Assembly: GCF_046119375.1 (NCBI RefSeq) | Contig: NW_027362769.1 | Location: 292,702,001-292,766,000, forward strand | Origin: Phyllobates terribilis | Lineage: Eukaryota | Direction of reading: 5' to 3' | Length of the DNA stretch: 64,000 nt | Shown here: piece by piece, positions 38,239 to 51,157 of the stretch | Position numbering within the stretch: position 1 is the stretch's first letter | Layout of the letters: the number at the start of each line of letters is the position of its first letter | Position numbers and translations under genes: made by a program | The notes under the pieces: generated by a model | Seen by the model: the letters and a program-made list of their open reading frames with translations, nothing else | What the model was told of the DNA's origin: nothing | The model's database searches: none

Positions 38239-40074
38239 TTAAAAATTGGAAAAAAATTTAAAAATACACATAATACTTTTTGCATATCGCTGTTGCCTTG
38301 CCTCATTTTTCTTCCTTGGCATGTACTTAGATGGTATTTTTACTTGTGTCTTTTTTGGACAGGACGATCTAATTTGGTTTATAACCAAAAATAAAAATGA
38401 TATCTACAAATTAGAGCTGGGCAAAATTATTCATGTTGATTTGAATTCTACTTGAATTTTTTTAAAAAAATCTGCATTCTAGAAAATACAGATTATTTTG
38501 TAATTTGCTTTGCATGAGTTTAGCAACATGGGAGCAATCTGTGGCCAATATATTGCAGAACAATAGATCGATGCTAAAGGTTAAAGAGAAAAACAAAAGC
38601 TACTCACCCTGCTGCTCACCTTTCCGGCTGGGGCTTCTGGCTACAATGGGGCCTTGAAGTTCACTGGGCATGCTCTGCAGCCTACTCACATCCGAAAGTT
38701 CCAGTCTAAAGTGAACAGATGGCCGGATATGACACGTGATAGAGGTGCAGAGGACAAACGGCAGAGAGGAAGCCGGAGTGGACGGAGAGGTGAGCAGTAA
38801 GATGAGTATACGCGTTTTTTATATAGTTTACATCTTGTGTTTATGTATCCTCTTGTGTCTGAATAAGGGACATTAAATTTGCAGAGATTACCTTCTCTGT
38901 ACATCAAATTTCTAGGTAAAATCAACACTTACAGGTGAGTTTGAATTTTGCCTGGTTCGCTGATCTTTACTACACATTTAACTATGAAGGATCGCTTTGC
39001 AACACCTGTTTAAGTAGTCAATTTTGAGATTTGTGCATGCTCCACCAATATCAAGTGTGCACAGTTGTTGCATTAGAATTTTTTGCGCCATGTGTGATCT
39101 ACCTAGCCCCAGAGAATGTGCAATGAGCTTCATGGCTTCCTTGTGGTCATAAGTCCCTGTGACCCTCTGAGCCAGGGTAAATCTTGATGTGAGAATCAGG
39201 CTGCATGGGGATGGAAGGGGTGTGACAAGGAACTCAGGCCATTTCCCACAAAGAAGTAACTGGGAAGAGGTTGTTGGCCTCAGAAATACACAGCATTTTA
39301 GATGTGTGGCTAAAACATTGTATAGGGCAAAATATGCTTTTCCTGCTGTCAGCTGAGGAGCAGGCAATAATGTTATTGTTGCAGTTGGAGGATCAATAGA
39401 ACCTGAAAGCTGTGTGGTGATCGTGGTGGCAGGGAAGCCTATCTGTATCTCATTTGTGGGATATTTTTTTCCATGTTGCTGGGGGACTAGAAGACTGCAG
39501 AGTGCAGGCTGTGCTGTTGGAAAATAAGTTGGGTACATCCAAGGCGTAGCTAGTAGTGATGAGCGAGCACTAAAATGTTCGGGTACTCGTTGCTCGAGTC
39601 GAGCAAATTGGAATGCTCGAGTGCTCGGTCCGAGTAACGATCCCAATGTAAGTCTATGGGAAACATTTTTCCAGTGGCCCCCCCCCCTGGCGGTCTGCAG
39701 AGGGCCTAAAAATTGCTCAAATGACATGGAAACAGAATGGGGAGGACCCCTGGAAGCATCTCTGACTCCCAGGTCACTGCTGTCAACAATGTTGTCTGAG
39801 GTATTACTCCACTTTTACGGACTCACAATAAAACATACAAAAATGAAACCAAAATGGATTTTCCTGGGAAATATGTCAAGGAACATCCTTTTCAGGGTAA
39901 TGACTTGTATTTAAGGCAAAATAAATAACCAAAAACAAAAATGGTTCCACCACACCATGGGCTATGTTCACAGGTGGCGTTTTTTATGTGTTTTTGCACT
40001 TTTGCATTGCTTTCAATGGTGAAAAATATATTCACCGGTAAATGCCATATTAACGTTGTACTACTTTATCTTGC

Positions 40075-41152
40075 TGTAGCGTCGGCGTCCCTGCCTCCTG
40101 CTAGGCAGGGACGCTGTTCCCCTCACCTCTCCGCTCCATGCCCGGCGTCCTCCTCCCGCTCTGCTGGCAGCGCGCGCTGCTTCCCGGCCACTGTGTTTAG
40201 GGCGCGCGCGCTCCCCCTCTCTTAAAGGGGCAGCGCGCGCCGTCCTAAGGAGTCCCCGGCCAATGGCCGGAGGACCTCACCATATATAAGGCACCTCCTC
40301 CAAAATGGAGGTGCCCAAGCAATGTTGTTGCAAAGCCTTCACTCTGCTTCAACCCTCAGGTCCCGTTACCAGTTACCTGCCAGTCACCTGCCAGATTCCT
40401 GCTTGATACCTGCCTGATATCCGCTTACCTGCTTGCAAGCCTGCGGTCCGACGGTCTGCCTTCCGACACCTGTCAGTCTGTCTATGGACCAGCCTGCCCG
40501 CTCACCTGGGAGCGCTCACCTGCTACCTGCCTGCTAGCCTACCTGGAGGCTCTGCCGTCACTTGCCGTGACCACCTGCCAATCCAGAGACTCTTGCCCGC
40601 TCACCTGGGAGCGCTCACCTGCTACCTGCCTGCTAGCCTACCTGGAGGCTCTGCCGTCACTTGCCGTGACCACCTGCCAGTCCAGAGACTCTTGCCCGCT
40701 CACCTGGGAGCGCTCACCTGCTACCTGCCTGCTAGCCTACCTGGAGGCTCTGCCGTCACTTGCCGTGACCACCTGCCTGTCCTGAGACTCTTGCCCGCTC
40801 ACCTGGGAGCGCTCACCTGCTACCTGCCTGCTAGCCTACCTGGAGGCTCAGCCGTCACTTGCTGTGACCACCAGCCCGTCCAGAGACTCTTGCTCGCTCA
40901 CATGGGAGTGTCCACCTGCTACCTGTCTGCTAGTCTACCCAGAGACTGTCCCTGTCACTTGCTGTGACTACCTGCCCTTCTACCCAGACACTGTCCCTGT
41001 CACTTGCCGTGACTACCTGCCCTTCTACCCAGAGACTGTCCCTGTCACTTGCCGTGACTACCTGCCCATCTTCCCTGGGAGCCACCCACTTCCTTACAAG
41101 GACCGCCCCCTTGTATAGTTGCTCAGAGGTTTCGTCTCCCAGACCCGTTACA
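40075..41152 (+). repeat. Gypsy-2 5' LTR (1078 bp) with 99-bp and 45-bp internal tandem repeats
   Basis: 99-bp units at 40496, 40595, 40694, 40793 and a partial at 40892; 45-bp units at 40941, 40986 and 41031. Confidence 0.95.
40260..40322 (+). promoter_or_regulatory. Putative LTR promoter: CCAAT, TATATAA and predicted transcript start
   Basis: ccaat near 40260; TATATAA at 40283; gccc(a/g)agcaa begins 30 nt later. Same layout in the 3' LTR (45572 and 45602). Confidence 0.7.
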
Positions 41153-41165
41153 GTTTGCTCGGGCC

Positions 41166-42115
41166 ATGGAACCCGGTGGCACCCAAGCTCCCTAGCTCTC
41201 GGACCTATGTCATGAACTGTCCCGTCAGAGGTCCCAACAGGAGTCCATCCTGAGTCATCTGCGGAATGTCAACTCTCGCCTGGACACTCTTACTGCTCCA
41301 CCAGCAACCACCGCTAGTGTCATGACTCGCAGCCCGGCAGCGCCGCTGCCCACCAATACCATGTCATCCTGCCCTGGACCCCGGCTTTCTGCACCTCCAC
41401 GCATCGGAGGCGACCCCGCTCAAGCTCGGGGCTTCATAAACCAGTACACCCTGCACTTTGAACTCCTGTCCCACCAGTTTATCTCCGACCGGGCCAAAGT
41501 AGCCTTCATCATGTCCCATCTCACGGGGGAGGCACTGGCTTGGCTAAATCCTCTTTGGGAGAGAGGAGACCCCTGGTGTCCAACCTGCCAGCCTTTCTCA
41601 CGGCTTTCCGGAAAGTCTTCGACGAACCCGGATGGAAGACCTCATCCGCATCATCTCTGCAACGCCTCCATCAAGGAAATCTCACCGTGGGCCAATATGC
41701 CGTACGGTTCCGTACCCTTGCTTCGGAGCTGGCCTGGGATAATGACGCCCTGGTGTCTGTCTTTTGGGAGGGTCTGTCCGGCCGTATTAAAGATGAACTC
41801 GCCGGTCGGGACATACATACCACTCTCGACGACTTAATAACTCTTGCCACCCGGATTGACATCCGGTTCCACGAACGCGCCAAAGAGGTCACCCGTGAGA
41901 GGAGGTTTCCACGTCTAGCCTCTACCTTTCAGAAACCTGTCACTTCTCCCGCTACTCCCCAGGCGCACTCACCCGAGCCTATGCAGGTCGACCAGACCAA
42001 GATGGTCAAAACTCGTCAAGAGTTACGCCGTGCTGAGGGGAGCTGCTTCTACTGTGGCAGTAAGGAGCACCGGATCCGTTCCTGCCCGGAGAGGTCGGGA
42101 AACGCCTGTGTCTAG
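41166..42115 (+). pseudogene. Gypsy-2 gag (frameshifted) ending in a CCHC zinc knuckle
   Basis: ORF pieces 41322-41837 (GDPAQARGF..RAKVAFIMSHLTGEALAW) and 41540-42115 ([20 protein letters not shown]). Confidence 0.9.
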
Positions 42116-42157
42116 GATCGCTCAGAGAGGTCGTCCTAGACAAGAGTAAACCCTCTC
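42097..42157 (+). promoter_or_regulatory. -1 programmed ribosomal frameshift signal (G GGA AAC plus predicted pseudoknot)
   Basis: The heptamer is in the gag frame, the pol ORF is open in the -1 frame from it, and a 9-bp stem starts 5 nt downstream. Confidence 0.8.
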
Positions 42158-45100
42158 CATCCCTGTTGCTGTCGGTCTCTATCATCTGCGGGGAGAACCG
42201 TTATTTTGAACTAGCCCAACTTGACTCTGGAGCTGCCGGAAATCTCATTTCTCAGTCTCTGGTAGAGAAATACCGCATTCCCACCAAACCTCTAGCTGTA
42301 CCCTTATCTGTCGCTGCCGTGGATGGGGGCCTCTTACCACATCCCATTCAACTCATCACCGAATCCATAACCCTGCAGGTGGGAATGCTGCATTCTGAGA
42401 GCATCTTCTTTCATGTTCTGCCTGGACTCTCTCATGCCCTCTTACTAGGCCTACCTTGGCTTCAGAGACATGCACCCGTGCTTGATTGGCAGACCGGAGA
42501 AGTCCTTCGCTGGGGACAGGCCTGCCATAAGACTTGTTTAGTTCCCGTCCATCCTGTTCGTCATTCTCCTACTCCAGCCAATCTACCTGGTCTTCTGGCT
42601 CCTTATTGGTCGTATGCGGACGTCTTTAATAAAAAGGAGGCAGAGACATTACCCCCTCATAGACCATACGACTGCCCAATCGACCTGATGCCCGGCGCTA
42701 CTCCTCCCCGTGGGCGCATTTACCCTTTGTCCGCTGCTGAGACCCGATCCATGTCAGAATATATTGAGGAGAATCTGGCCCGGGGATTCATCCGGAAATC
42801 TACTTCCCCGGCGGGAGCAGGTTTCTTCTTCGTCAAAAAGAAGGACGGCTCACTCCGTCCTTGTATAGACTATAGAGGCCTTAACCAGATCATGGTGAAG
42901 AATAAATACCCCCTTCCGCTTATTCCGGAATTATTTGACCGTCTGAGGGGGGCTAGAATCTTCACCAAGCTGGACCTCCGTGGGGCGTATATTCTGGTCC
43001 GTATCCGTCAGGGGGATGAATGGAAGATGGCATTCAACACCCGGACGGCCACTATGAATACCTGGTAATGCCCTTCGGTCTCTGTAACGCTCCCGCCGTC
43101 TTTCAAGAGTTGGTCAATGACATCTTCCGGGACCTTCTCTACTCCTGCGTAGTGGTGTACCTGGACGACATCTTGGTCTTCCCTCCGGATCTCCCCACAC
43201 ACCGGAGGGATGTTCGTCAGGTTCTGCTCAGGCTCAGGCAGAACCACCTCTACGCTAAATATGAGAAGTGCCTCTTTGAGCAGACCTCGCTTCCGTTTTT
43301 GGGCTACATAATTTCTCAGACCGGCCTACGAATGGATCCTGAAAAACTGTCTGCCATCGAGAAGTGGCCTCGACCAGAGGGGTTGAAGGCTTTTCAGCGG
43401 TTCCTGGGCTTCGCCAACTACTACCGCCTCTTCATACCGCACTTCTCTTCCCGGACTGCCCCAATCTCGGCGCTCACCCGTTAGGGCACTAATCCCAGAG
43501 AATGGCCGCCCGAAGCTGAGGAAGCCTTTCTTTACTTAAAACAGGCTTTCTCTTCCGCCCCGGTGCTACATCGCCCGGACGGCAACAAACAATTCTTCCT
43601 GGAAGTTGACACCTCCTCCTCTGGAGCCGGAGCGGTACTTACCCAAAAATCATCTTCCGGGAGAATGGTAACTTGCGGCTTCTTCTCCAAACTCTTCTCC
43701 TCTTCCGAGCACAACTATTCTATAGGAGACCGAGAGTTACTGGCCATTAAGCTGGCATTGGAGGAGTGGCGTTACCTGCTTAAGGGGGCTCTTCACCCGG
43801 TAATAATTTACACGGACCACAAGAACTTGGCTTACCTCGAGAGTGCCCAGAGACTTAACCCGCGCCAAGCCCGGTGGTCCTTGTTTTTTGCTCGCTTTGA
43901 TTTTGTTCTTCATTTTCGCCCGGCTGACAAAAACATCAAAGCTGACGCCTTGTCTGATCCTTCCTGGTGTCTGATCTTGAGGAGGAACCTAAACACATCA
44001 TCGATCCCGCCAGAGTAATGCAGGTGGCCCCCGTGAGTCTAAATCGTCTCCCTCCCGGAAAGACGTTCGTAACGGTACCTGATCGGGAGAAGATCCTACA
44101 CTGGGGTCACTCGTCTAAGCTTGCTGGCCATGCCGGTCAGAAAAAGACCCTCCAGCTTATCACCCGGCACTACTGGTGGCCTACCCTGCACAAGAACGTA
44201 ATAGACTTTGTTTCTGCCTGTGTGTCCTGCGCCCGCAACAAGGTTCCGAGACTACTGCCAGCCGGTCGCCTCCTTCCTCTTCCAGTACCTGCTGCCCCCT
44301 GGCAGCATATAGCTATGGACTTCATAACAGATCTCCCTGTCTCTGCCGGTTGTACGGTCATTTGGGTGCTCGCTGACCGCTTTTCCAAAATGGCTCATTT
44401 CATTCCCCTGCCAGGCCTCCCGTCTGCACCCGAGCTGGCTAAAGACTTTATCCGCCACATCTTCCGTCTCCATGGCCTGCCCCTCCATATCGTGTCGGAT
44501 CGTGGGGTTCAGTTCACCTCACGCTTCTGGAGAGCCACATGTAAGCTGCTAGACGTCACCCTGGACTTCTCCTCCGCATACCACCCACAGTCCAATGGTC
44601 AAGTGGAGCGGATCAATCAGATCCTGACCAGTTACCTCCGGCACTTCGTTAATGCCCACCATTCAGACTGGGTGGATCTCCTGCCATGGGCCGAATTCTC
44701 TTACAATAATCACGAGAGCGAATCTTCCTCCCAATCCCCGTTTTTTGTAGTCTTCGGTCAGCATCCTCGGATCCCTTTTCCCGTCTTCACCTCGGTGGAC
44801 AATCCGGCTGCGGAATCTCTCATTAGCAAATTTTCCTCCATTTGGGAGAGTACCCGATCCGCACTCCTTCAGTCGTCCGAGCGGATGAAAAAACACGCTG
44901 ACAAAAAACGCCTGGATCCTCTACAATTCCGTCCTGGAGATAAAGTCTGGCTCTCGTCCAAGTATGTCCGGCTCAAGATTCCTTCCTACAAGTTAGGGCC
45001 TCGGTTCATCGGCCCACTAGAAGTTATCAAACAAATCAACCCGGTGGCCTATAAATTGAAACTCCCTGCCAACTTGCGGATCCCTAACTCCATGTATCTC

Positions 45101-45330
45101 TCCTCAAACCCGTGGTACTTAACTCTTTTTCCAAGTCTACAGGTACGCCTCCTGCTCCGGTTTCCGCTGAAAACGAGTTTGAGGTAGAGAAAATTCTGGC
45201 CACCAAAAGGGTAAGAGGAAAAACCTTTTTTTCAGGTAGATTGGAAGGGGTTTGGTCCTGAGGAGAGAACGTGGGAGCCCCGGGAGAACATCCATGGTTC
45301 TCTCATCCTTGATAAATTTCTGTCTGGCCT
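42097..45330 (+). pseudogene. Gypsy-2 pol (protease, RT, RNase H, integrase, chromodomain), several frameshifts and a stop
   Basis: [54 protein letters not shown], and a chromodomain remnant FEVEKIL..WKGFGPEERTWEP. In-frame TAG at 43482. Confidence 0.93.
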
Positions 45331-45360
45331 AAAAAAGTGGGGGCCTAAAGGGGGGGGTAA

Positions 45361-46287
45361 TGTAGCGTTGGCGTCCCTGCCTCCTGCTAGGCAGGGACGC
45401 TGTTCCCCTCACCTCTCCGCTCCATGCCCGGCGTCCTCCCGCTCTGCTGGCAGCGCGCTGCTTCCCGGCCACTGTGCTTAGGGCGCGCGCGCGCGCGCGC
45501 TCCCCCTCTCTTAAAGGGGCCGCGCGCGCCGTCCTAAGGAGTCCCCGGCCAATGACCGGAGGACCTCACCATATATAAGGCACCTCCTCCAAAATGGAGG
45601 TGCCCGAGCAATGTTGTTGCAAAGCCTTCACTTTGCTTCAGCCCTCAGGTCCCGTTACCAGTTACCTGCCAGTCACCTGCCAGATTCCTGCTTGATACCT
45701 GCCTGATATCCGCTTACCTGCTTGCAAGCCTACGGTCCGATGGTCTGCCTTCCGACACCTGTCAGTCTGTCTATGGACCAGCCTGCCCGCTCACCTGGGA
45801 GCGCTCACCTGCTACCTGCCTGCTAGCCTACCTGGAGGCTCTGCCGTCACTTGCCGTGACCACCTGCCAGTCCAGAGACTCTTGCCCGCTCACCTGGGAG
45901 CGCTCACCTGCTACCTGCCTGCTAGCCTACCTGGAGGCTCTGCCGTCACTTGCCGTGACCACCTGCCTGTCCAGAGACTCTTGCCCGCTCACCTGGGAGC
46001 GCTCACCTGCTACCTGCCTGCTAGCCTACCTGGAGGCTTTGCCGTCACTTGCTGTGACTACCTGCCCTTCTACCCAGAGACTGTCCCTGTCACTTGCCGT
46101 GACTACCTGCCCTTCTACCCAGAGACTGTCCCTGTCACTAGCCGTGACTACCTGCCCTTCTACCCAGAGACTGTCCCTGTCACTTGCCGTGACTACCTGC
46201 CCGTCTTCCCTGGGAGCCACCCGCTTCCTTACAAGGACCGCCCCCTTGTATAGTTGCTCAGAGGTTCCGTCTCCCAGACCCGTTACA
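45361..46287 (+). repeat. Gypsy-2 3' LTR (927 bp)
   Basis: Direct repeat of the 5' LTR with fewer 99-bp units and roughly ten substitutions in the non-repetitive part (by eye). Confidence 0.95.
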
Positions 46288-46429
46288 CTTGCCATGTGGT
46301 GTGTGAGACATGATCAGACACATACTGTTTCATTTATGAAGGAGGGATTCTGAAAGTCACAAACACTATTTTTATAGGGCGATCAGGAGGCCCTTACAAT
46401 TCTTAAAGGGCCAGCAGTCGGCTATGCTT

Positions 46430-47718
46430 TGTTGTTCCCATTATTAAGGAGTGGGTCTCCTATACCTTTATTGGTATGCAGCGACTGCAAGGGCTGCAAA
46501 AGATTTGGATGCACCCCAATGGCCCTTTGAACAGACATAGAGAAGGGCCTCAGTAAAAAAAATGTTCCCATTATAAAGGAGTGGATCTCCTATAGTGGTA
46601 ATGTCCATTCAGTGACTGCAAGAGCTGCTAAAATTTGGGAAAACCCCAATACCACTTTAAAGACACATAGAGCTGGGCCTCAGTTATGACATGTTCCCGT
46701 TTGAAAGGAGTGGATCTGCTATCCAGTTATAGTGTATGCAGTTAGTCCAACGGCTGCCAAAATTTAGGAAAAAAACCCCACACCAATTTAAAGACACATC
46801 GAGCTGGGCCATAGTAACGACATGTTCCCATTAGAAAGGAGCTGTACTGCTATACAGTTATAGGGTATGCAGTGAGTCCAACGGCTGCCAAAATTTAGGA
46901 AAAACACCAATAACAATTTAAAGACACATAGAGCTGGGCCACAGTGACAACATGTTCCCATTAGAAAGGAGTGAGTCTCCCATACTGTTATTGCTTATGC
47001 AGTGTCTTCAACGGGTGCCAAAAATTTGGAGGAACTCCAATGTCCCTTGCAAGAGACGTAGAGGTCAGAGGGCCTCCTGAAAACAATGTTCCCATTATTA
47101 GGAAGTATGTCTCCCATACTGTTTGCCTATGGATTGAATGCAAGAGCTGCCAAAAAATTGGAGGAACTCCAATGCCCCTTGCAAGAGACGTAGAGGTCAG
47201 AGGGCCTCCTGAAAACAATTTTCCCATTATTAGGAAGTGGGTCTCCCAAACTCTTTGTCTATGTAGTGAATGTAAAAGCTGCCAAAAATTTGGAGGAACT
47301 CCTATGCCCCTTGAAAGAGACGTAGAGGTTGGAGGGTCTCCTGAAATCAATGTTCCCATTACTAGGAAGTGGGTCTCCCATACTGTTTGCTTATGCAGTG
47401 AATCCAACAGCTGCCAAAAATTTGGAGGAACTCCAATGCCCCTTGCAAGAGACGTAGAGGTCAGAGGGTCTCAAGAAAACAATGTTCCCATTATTAGGAA
47501 GTGGGTCTCCCATACTGTTTGCTTATGCAGTGAATGCAACGGCTGCTAAAAATTTGGAGGAATTCCAAACCCCCTTGCAAGAGACGTAGAGGTCAGAGGG
47601 TCTCAAGAAAACAATGTTCCCATTATTAGGAAGTGGGTCTCCCATTCTGTTTGCTTATGCAGTGAATGCAACGGCTGCTAAAAATTTGGAGGAATTCCAA
47701 ACCCCCTTGCAAGAGACA
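46430..47718. repeat. Tandem array in the hAT-2 3' region: 132-bp units (47010-47718) preceded by diverged ~123-bp units
   Basis: ggaggaact at 47028 and 47160 and onward with 132-bp spacing; produces a 44-aa repeating reading frame. Confidence 0.9.
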
Positions 47719-47906
47719 TAGACATGGTGATATGGCAGATATTGTGGTGATATGGTGGTGGAGTATGAGGATGAGGAGAAGGAGGAGGACAAGAGAAAAT
47801 AGACAAAATCAGGAAGTGTATACCCATATCTGGGTGTGAAGACTGAGGTGCATGCCAATAGAGTTAGACCTCCCAAAAAAAAAGACACTGTATTTGAGTT
47901 TATGCT

Positions 47907-50000
47907 ATGCTGCTATCATTCGGTGGTGTTGAGAAGTCTGGCCCAATTCAGCCCTTGTTCATTTTTATAAGCGTCAACCTGTCAGCATTTTCAGTTGACA
48001 GGCTGATGCGCCTATCGGTTATAATTCCTCCAGTGGCACTAAGAGCCCACTCTGACAAAATGCTAGCTGCAGGGCAGGCCAGGATCTCCAAGACGTAGAG
48101 AGACAGTTCATGCCACGTGTCCAGCTTGGAAACTCAATAATTATAAGGCACAGAGGAATCACAGAGGACGTTGGTACGATCTGCAAGGTACTCCCTAACC
48201 ATCTTCTGAAACTTTTCCCTCCTTGGAAGTTTACCCCGCGCCACAGGGCCTGTGCGATGGGAGGGTGTGAGAAAACTGTCCCATAACGTTGGCAGTGTTC
48301 TCCTATCTCTGCTGGATTGCATTTGCGTCTCTCTTGCCTGTATTCCTTGGTTGTCCAACGAACTGTGACCTCTGCCGCCAGTGTTTTCAGATGAGAATTT
48401 TTTTAAATAATTTTGCAACAAGGGCCTTCTGGTACTGCCCCATTTTATTAGGCCTTTCCTGCATAAGAGACAGAAAGTTCTCCTTGTAGCGTGGGTCTAG
48501 AAGTGTCACCAACCAGTAATGGCTGTCACCCAAAATTTGGACAATGCGAGGGTCACAGGAAAGGCAGCGTAACATAAACTCAGCCATGTGTGCCAGACTG
48601 CCAAGAGGCAAGACTTCCATGTCCTCAACAAAAGGGATGACTGACCATGCTCGCCTCCTCATCCGCCTCCTCTTCCCTGTCCTCAGGCCATCCACATTGA
48701 ACAGCCAGTATGACAGTTGTACAGGTAGTACCGTATATAGCGCAGGAAACTAGCTCCTGTTCTTCCTCCTCCTCTTCCTCATTGTCACTCAATCCATGTT
48801 GGGATGAAATGAGGCTGGGCTGTGTGGAATCACCCTGTATGGTTCCTTGCTCCATCTTGTGAGCAGAGAGCGTTTCAGAAGACAGAGAAGCGGGATGGTG
48901 ATGCTAATTATTGCATCATCGCCGCTCAACATCTTGGTAGAGTCCTCAAAGTTTTGGAGGATGGTACATATGTCTGACATCCATGTCCACTCCTGAGGTT
49001 TTATGTGTGGAGTCTGACCTGAATACTGACGGCCTTGTTGATGCTGGTAGTAAACAACTGCCCTCTTTTGCTCACAAATTCTTCCCAACATCTGCAATGT
49101 AAAGTTCCAACTCAGGGGACATCGCAGATCAGTTGGTGAGCTGGAAGCTGCAAACGCTGCTGAAGCACGGCAAAGGCGGCGGAAGCTGTATCTAACTTTC
49201 TAAAATAGGCACACAGGTGGCATACTTTCACAAGCAGATCCTACAGATTCGGATAGGTTTTGAGAAATTGCTGAACCACGAGGTTAAGCACATGGGCCAG
49301 GCATGGTACGTGTGTGAGCTTGACTCGCCTCAGAGCCACCACCAGGTTCCGGCCATTGTCACACACGACCATGCCTGGCTGTAGGGTCAGCAGTGTCAGC
49401 CACAGAACTGCCTGCTCTTTCAGAGCTCTCCCCAACTCTTCAGCATTGTGCGGTTTGTCACCTATGCATATTAGCTTCAGCACAGCCTATTGCCATTTGG
49501 CCGAGGCAGTGCTGCAGTGCTTCCAGCTTGCGACTGATGTGGTCATTTCAGAGATGGAGGCTGAAGAGGAGGAGGTGCAGGAGCTGTAGACTGTGGGGGC
49601 AATCCTGATTGACCCAGGGCCCCCAATCTTCGGTATCGGGAGGATGTGTTCCGCTCCAAGGTCTCTCTGGGTCCCAGCTTCCACTATATTAACCCGTGTG
49701 CCGTCAGCAAGATTTACCATCTGTGCCCACAAGCGCTTGTCCACATGTCCGTGGTTAGGTGGACTTTCCCAGTGACTGAATTTTTGAGGACACGTCTAAT
49801 GTTGTGGGACACGTGCTTGTGTAACGCGGGGACAGCACACCGGGAGAAATAGTGGCGGCTGGAGACCAAGTACCGAGGGATGGCTGCCGCCATCAGGTTG
49901 CGGAATGCTTCCATCTCCAAGAGCCTAAAAGGCAACATTTCGAGAGCAAGCATTCGCGAAAACATGTGAATTTAGTAGTGTGGCCTGTGGGGCTTTGGCT
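47907..50000 (-). pseudogene. hAT-2 transposase remnant
   Basis: LALEMLPFRL..VHLTTDMWTS, VCDNGRNL..PCLAHVLNLVVQ, LLDPRYK and ACPAASILSE..LSTENADRLTLIKMN. Confidence 0.92.
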
Positions 50001-50397
50001 GCATATTTGCGCTTGCATCGTGTTGATGTTACAAGGAATGGTTGCCCGCCTTCTGTCTGGGGCAACCACACTGCGTCATCCTGCCTGTTGTGGTGCTACG
50101 CCTCCCTCCCCCTGTGTGCTACTGTCCTTGCTCTGTATGTCCCCCTGCCATGTTGGGTCAGCTACTATATCATCCACAACCTCATCTTCCACTTCCACAC
50201 CCTGGTCCTCCTCCTGACTTTCTGGCAATTGTGTCTCATCATCATCATCATCCACCTTTGCAACAGTAATTGCACTTTCCCACCGTCGCCTTCGTGTGAC
50301 CGTGGCTGCTCCAATATTTGGGCATCGCTACACGCGTTCTCCTCTTGACTCGCTTGAAGCTGGCCAGGCGAGAGGCCCGAATCAACAAATGGAAAAG

Positions 50398-50800
50398 TGA
50401 CAGAGAACCACGGTTTTAAATAGCAGGCCTGTAATTTGCTAATACTATTCTACACAGAGACCTAGTGTGAATAGCTTGAACGACACACTGCAACCAAATG
50501 AAAATGGAAGAAATGGCTGATTTTGGAACACTCTTATAGGTGTTAGGTCTGACAGAGAACCACGGTTTTAAATAGCAGGCCTCTAATTTGCTAATACTAT
50601 TCTTCACAGGCACCTAGTGTGAATAGCTTGACCAACACTCTGCAATGGTATGAAATTGGAAGAAATGTCTGATTTTGGAACAGTTTTATAGGTGATATGT
50701 CTGACAGAGAACCACGGTTTTAAATAGCAGGGCTGTAATTTACTAATACTATTCTTCACAGACAGCTAGTGTGAATATCTTGACAGACACACTGCAACAG
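50398..50800. repeat. ~152-bp tandem repeat (about 2.5 units)
   Basis: gacagagaaccacggttttaaatagcagg near 50399, 50550 and 50704. Confidence 0.85.
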
Positions 50801-51157
50801 AATGGAAAAGGAGGCCAATATTTTCCACGTTCAGTTTAAATTTCTGGATTTTTATCACTGAAATATGGAACAGATCTTGCTTTAATCTGCAGTGAGAACA
50901 AGCAAATGGAGCAGAAAAATGGTGTACTCTGGATTGGTTTTTAAGCAAATAACCAGGATTAAGATACAAAAAATAATTTGCCTTGGCCCCTGATATCTGG
51001 GACTATGTCTACAAATATCTGTAATTATTACAGCAGCAGCAGACAGGACGTTCAATGGAACCTCTTGTGCTGTATCATACACTGCAGTCTGCCACATACA
51101 CTGCCTACCTGCCTAAAAGCGACTGTGGCAGCAGCAACGAGCCCTGATGCAGCATGT

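Larger units (their letters stand above)
40075..46287 (+). mobile_element. Full-length, decayed Ty3/Gypsy chromovirus LTR retrotransposon, Gypsy-2
   Basis: TG...CA LTRs, 5-bp TSD CTTGC (40070-74 and 46288-92), purine tract aaagggggggg at 45347-57, and gag/pol fragments. Confidence 0.97.
39554..50800 (-). mobile_element. Second hAT lineage (hAT-2), 3' end intact, 5' end not found, interrupted by Gypsy-2
   Basis: Starts TAGTGATGAGCG followed by ctcga/gctcg subterminal repeats; minus-strand transposase remnant at 47907-50000. Right limit approximate. Confidence 0.75.

Noticed and set aside
40567-41215. ORFs within the Gypsy-2 LTRs
   Set aside because: They arise from the 99-bp and 45-bp repeats, both multiples of three.
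46971-47549. 192-aa ORF with repeated CxxC-like 44-aa units
   Set aside because: It is simply the translation of a 132-bp tandem repeat; it starts at GTG and an antisense frame is also open.
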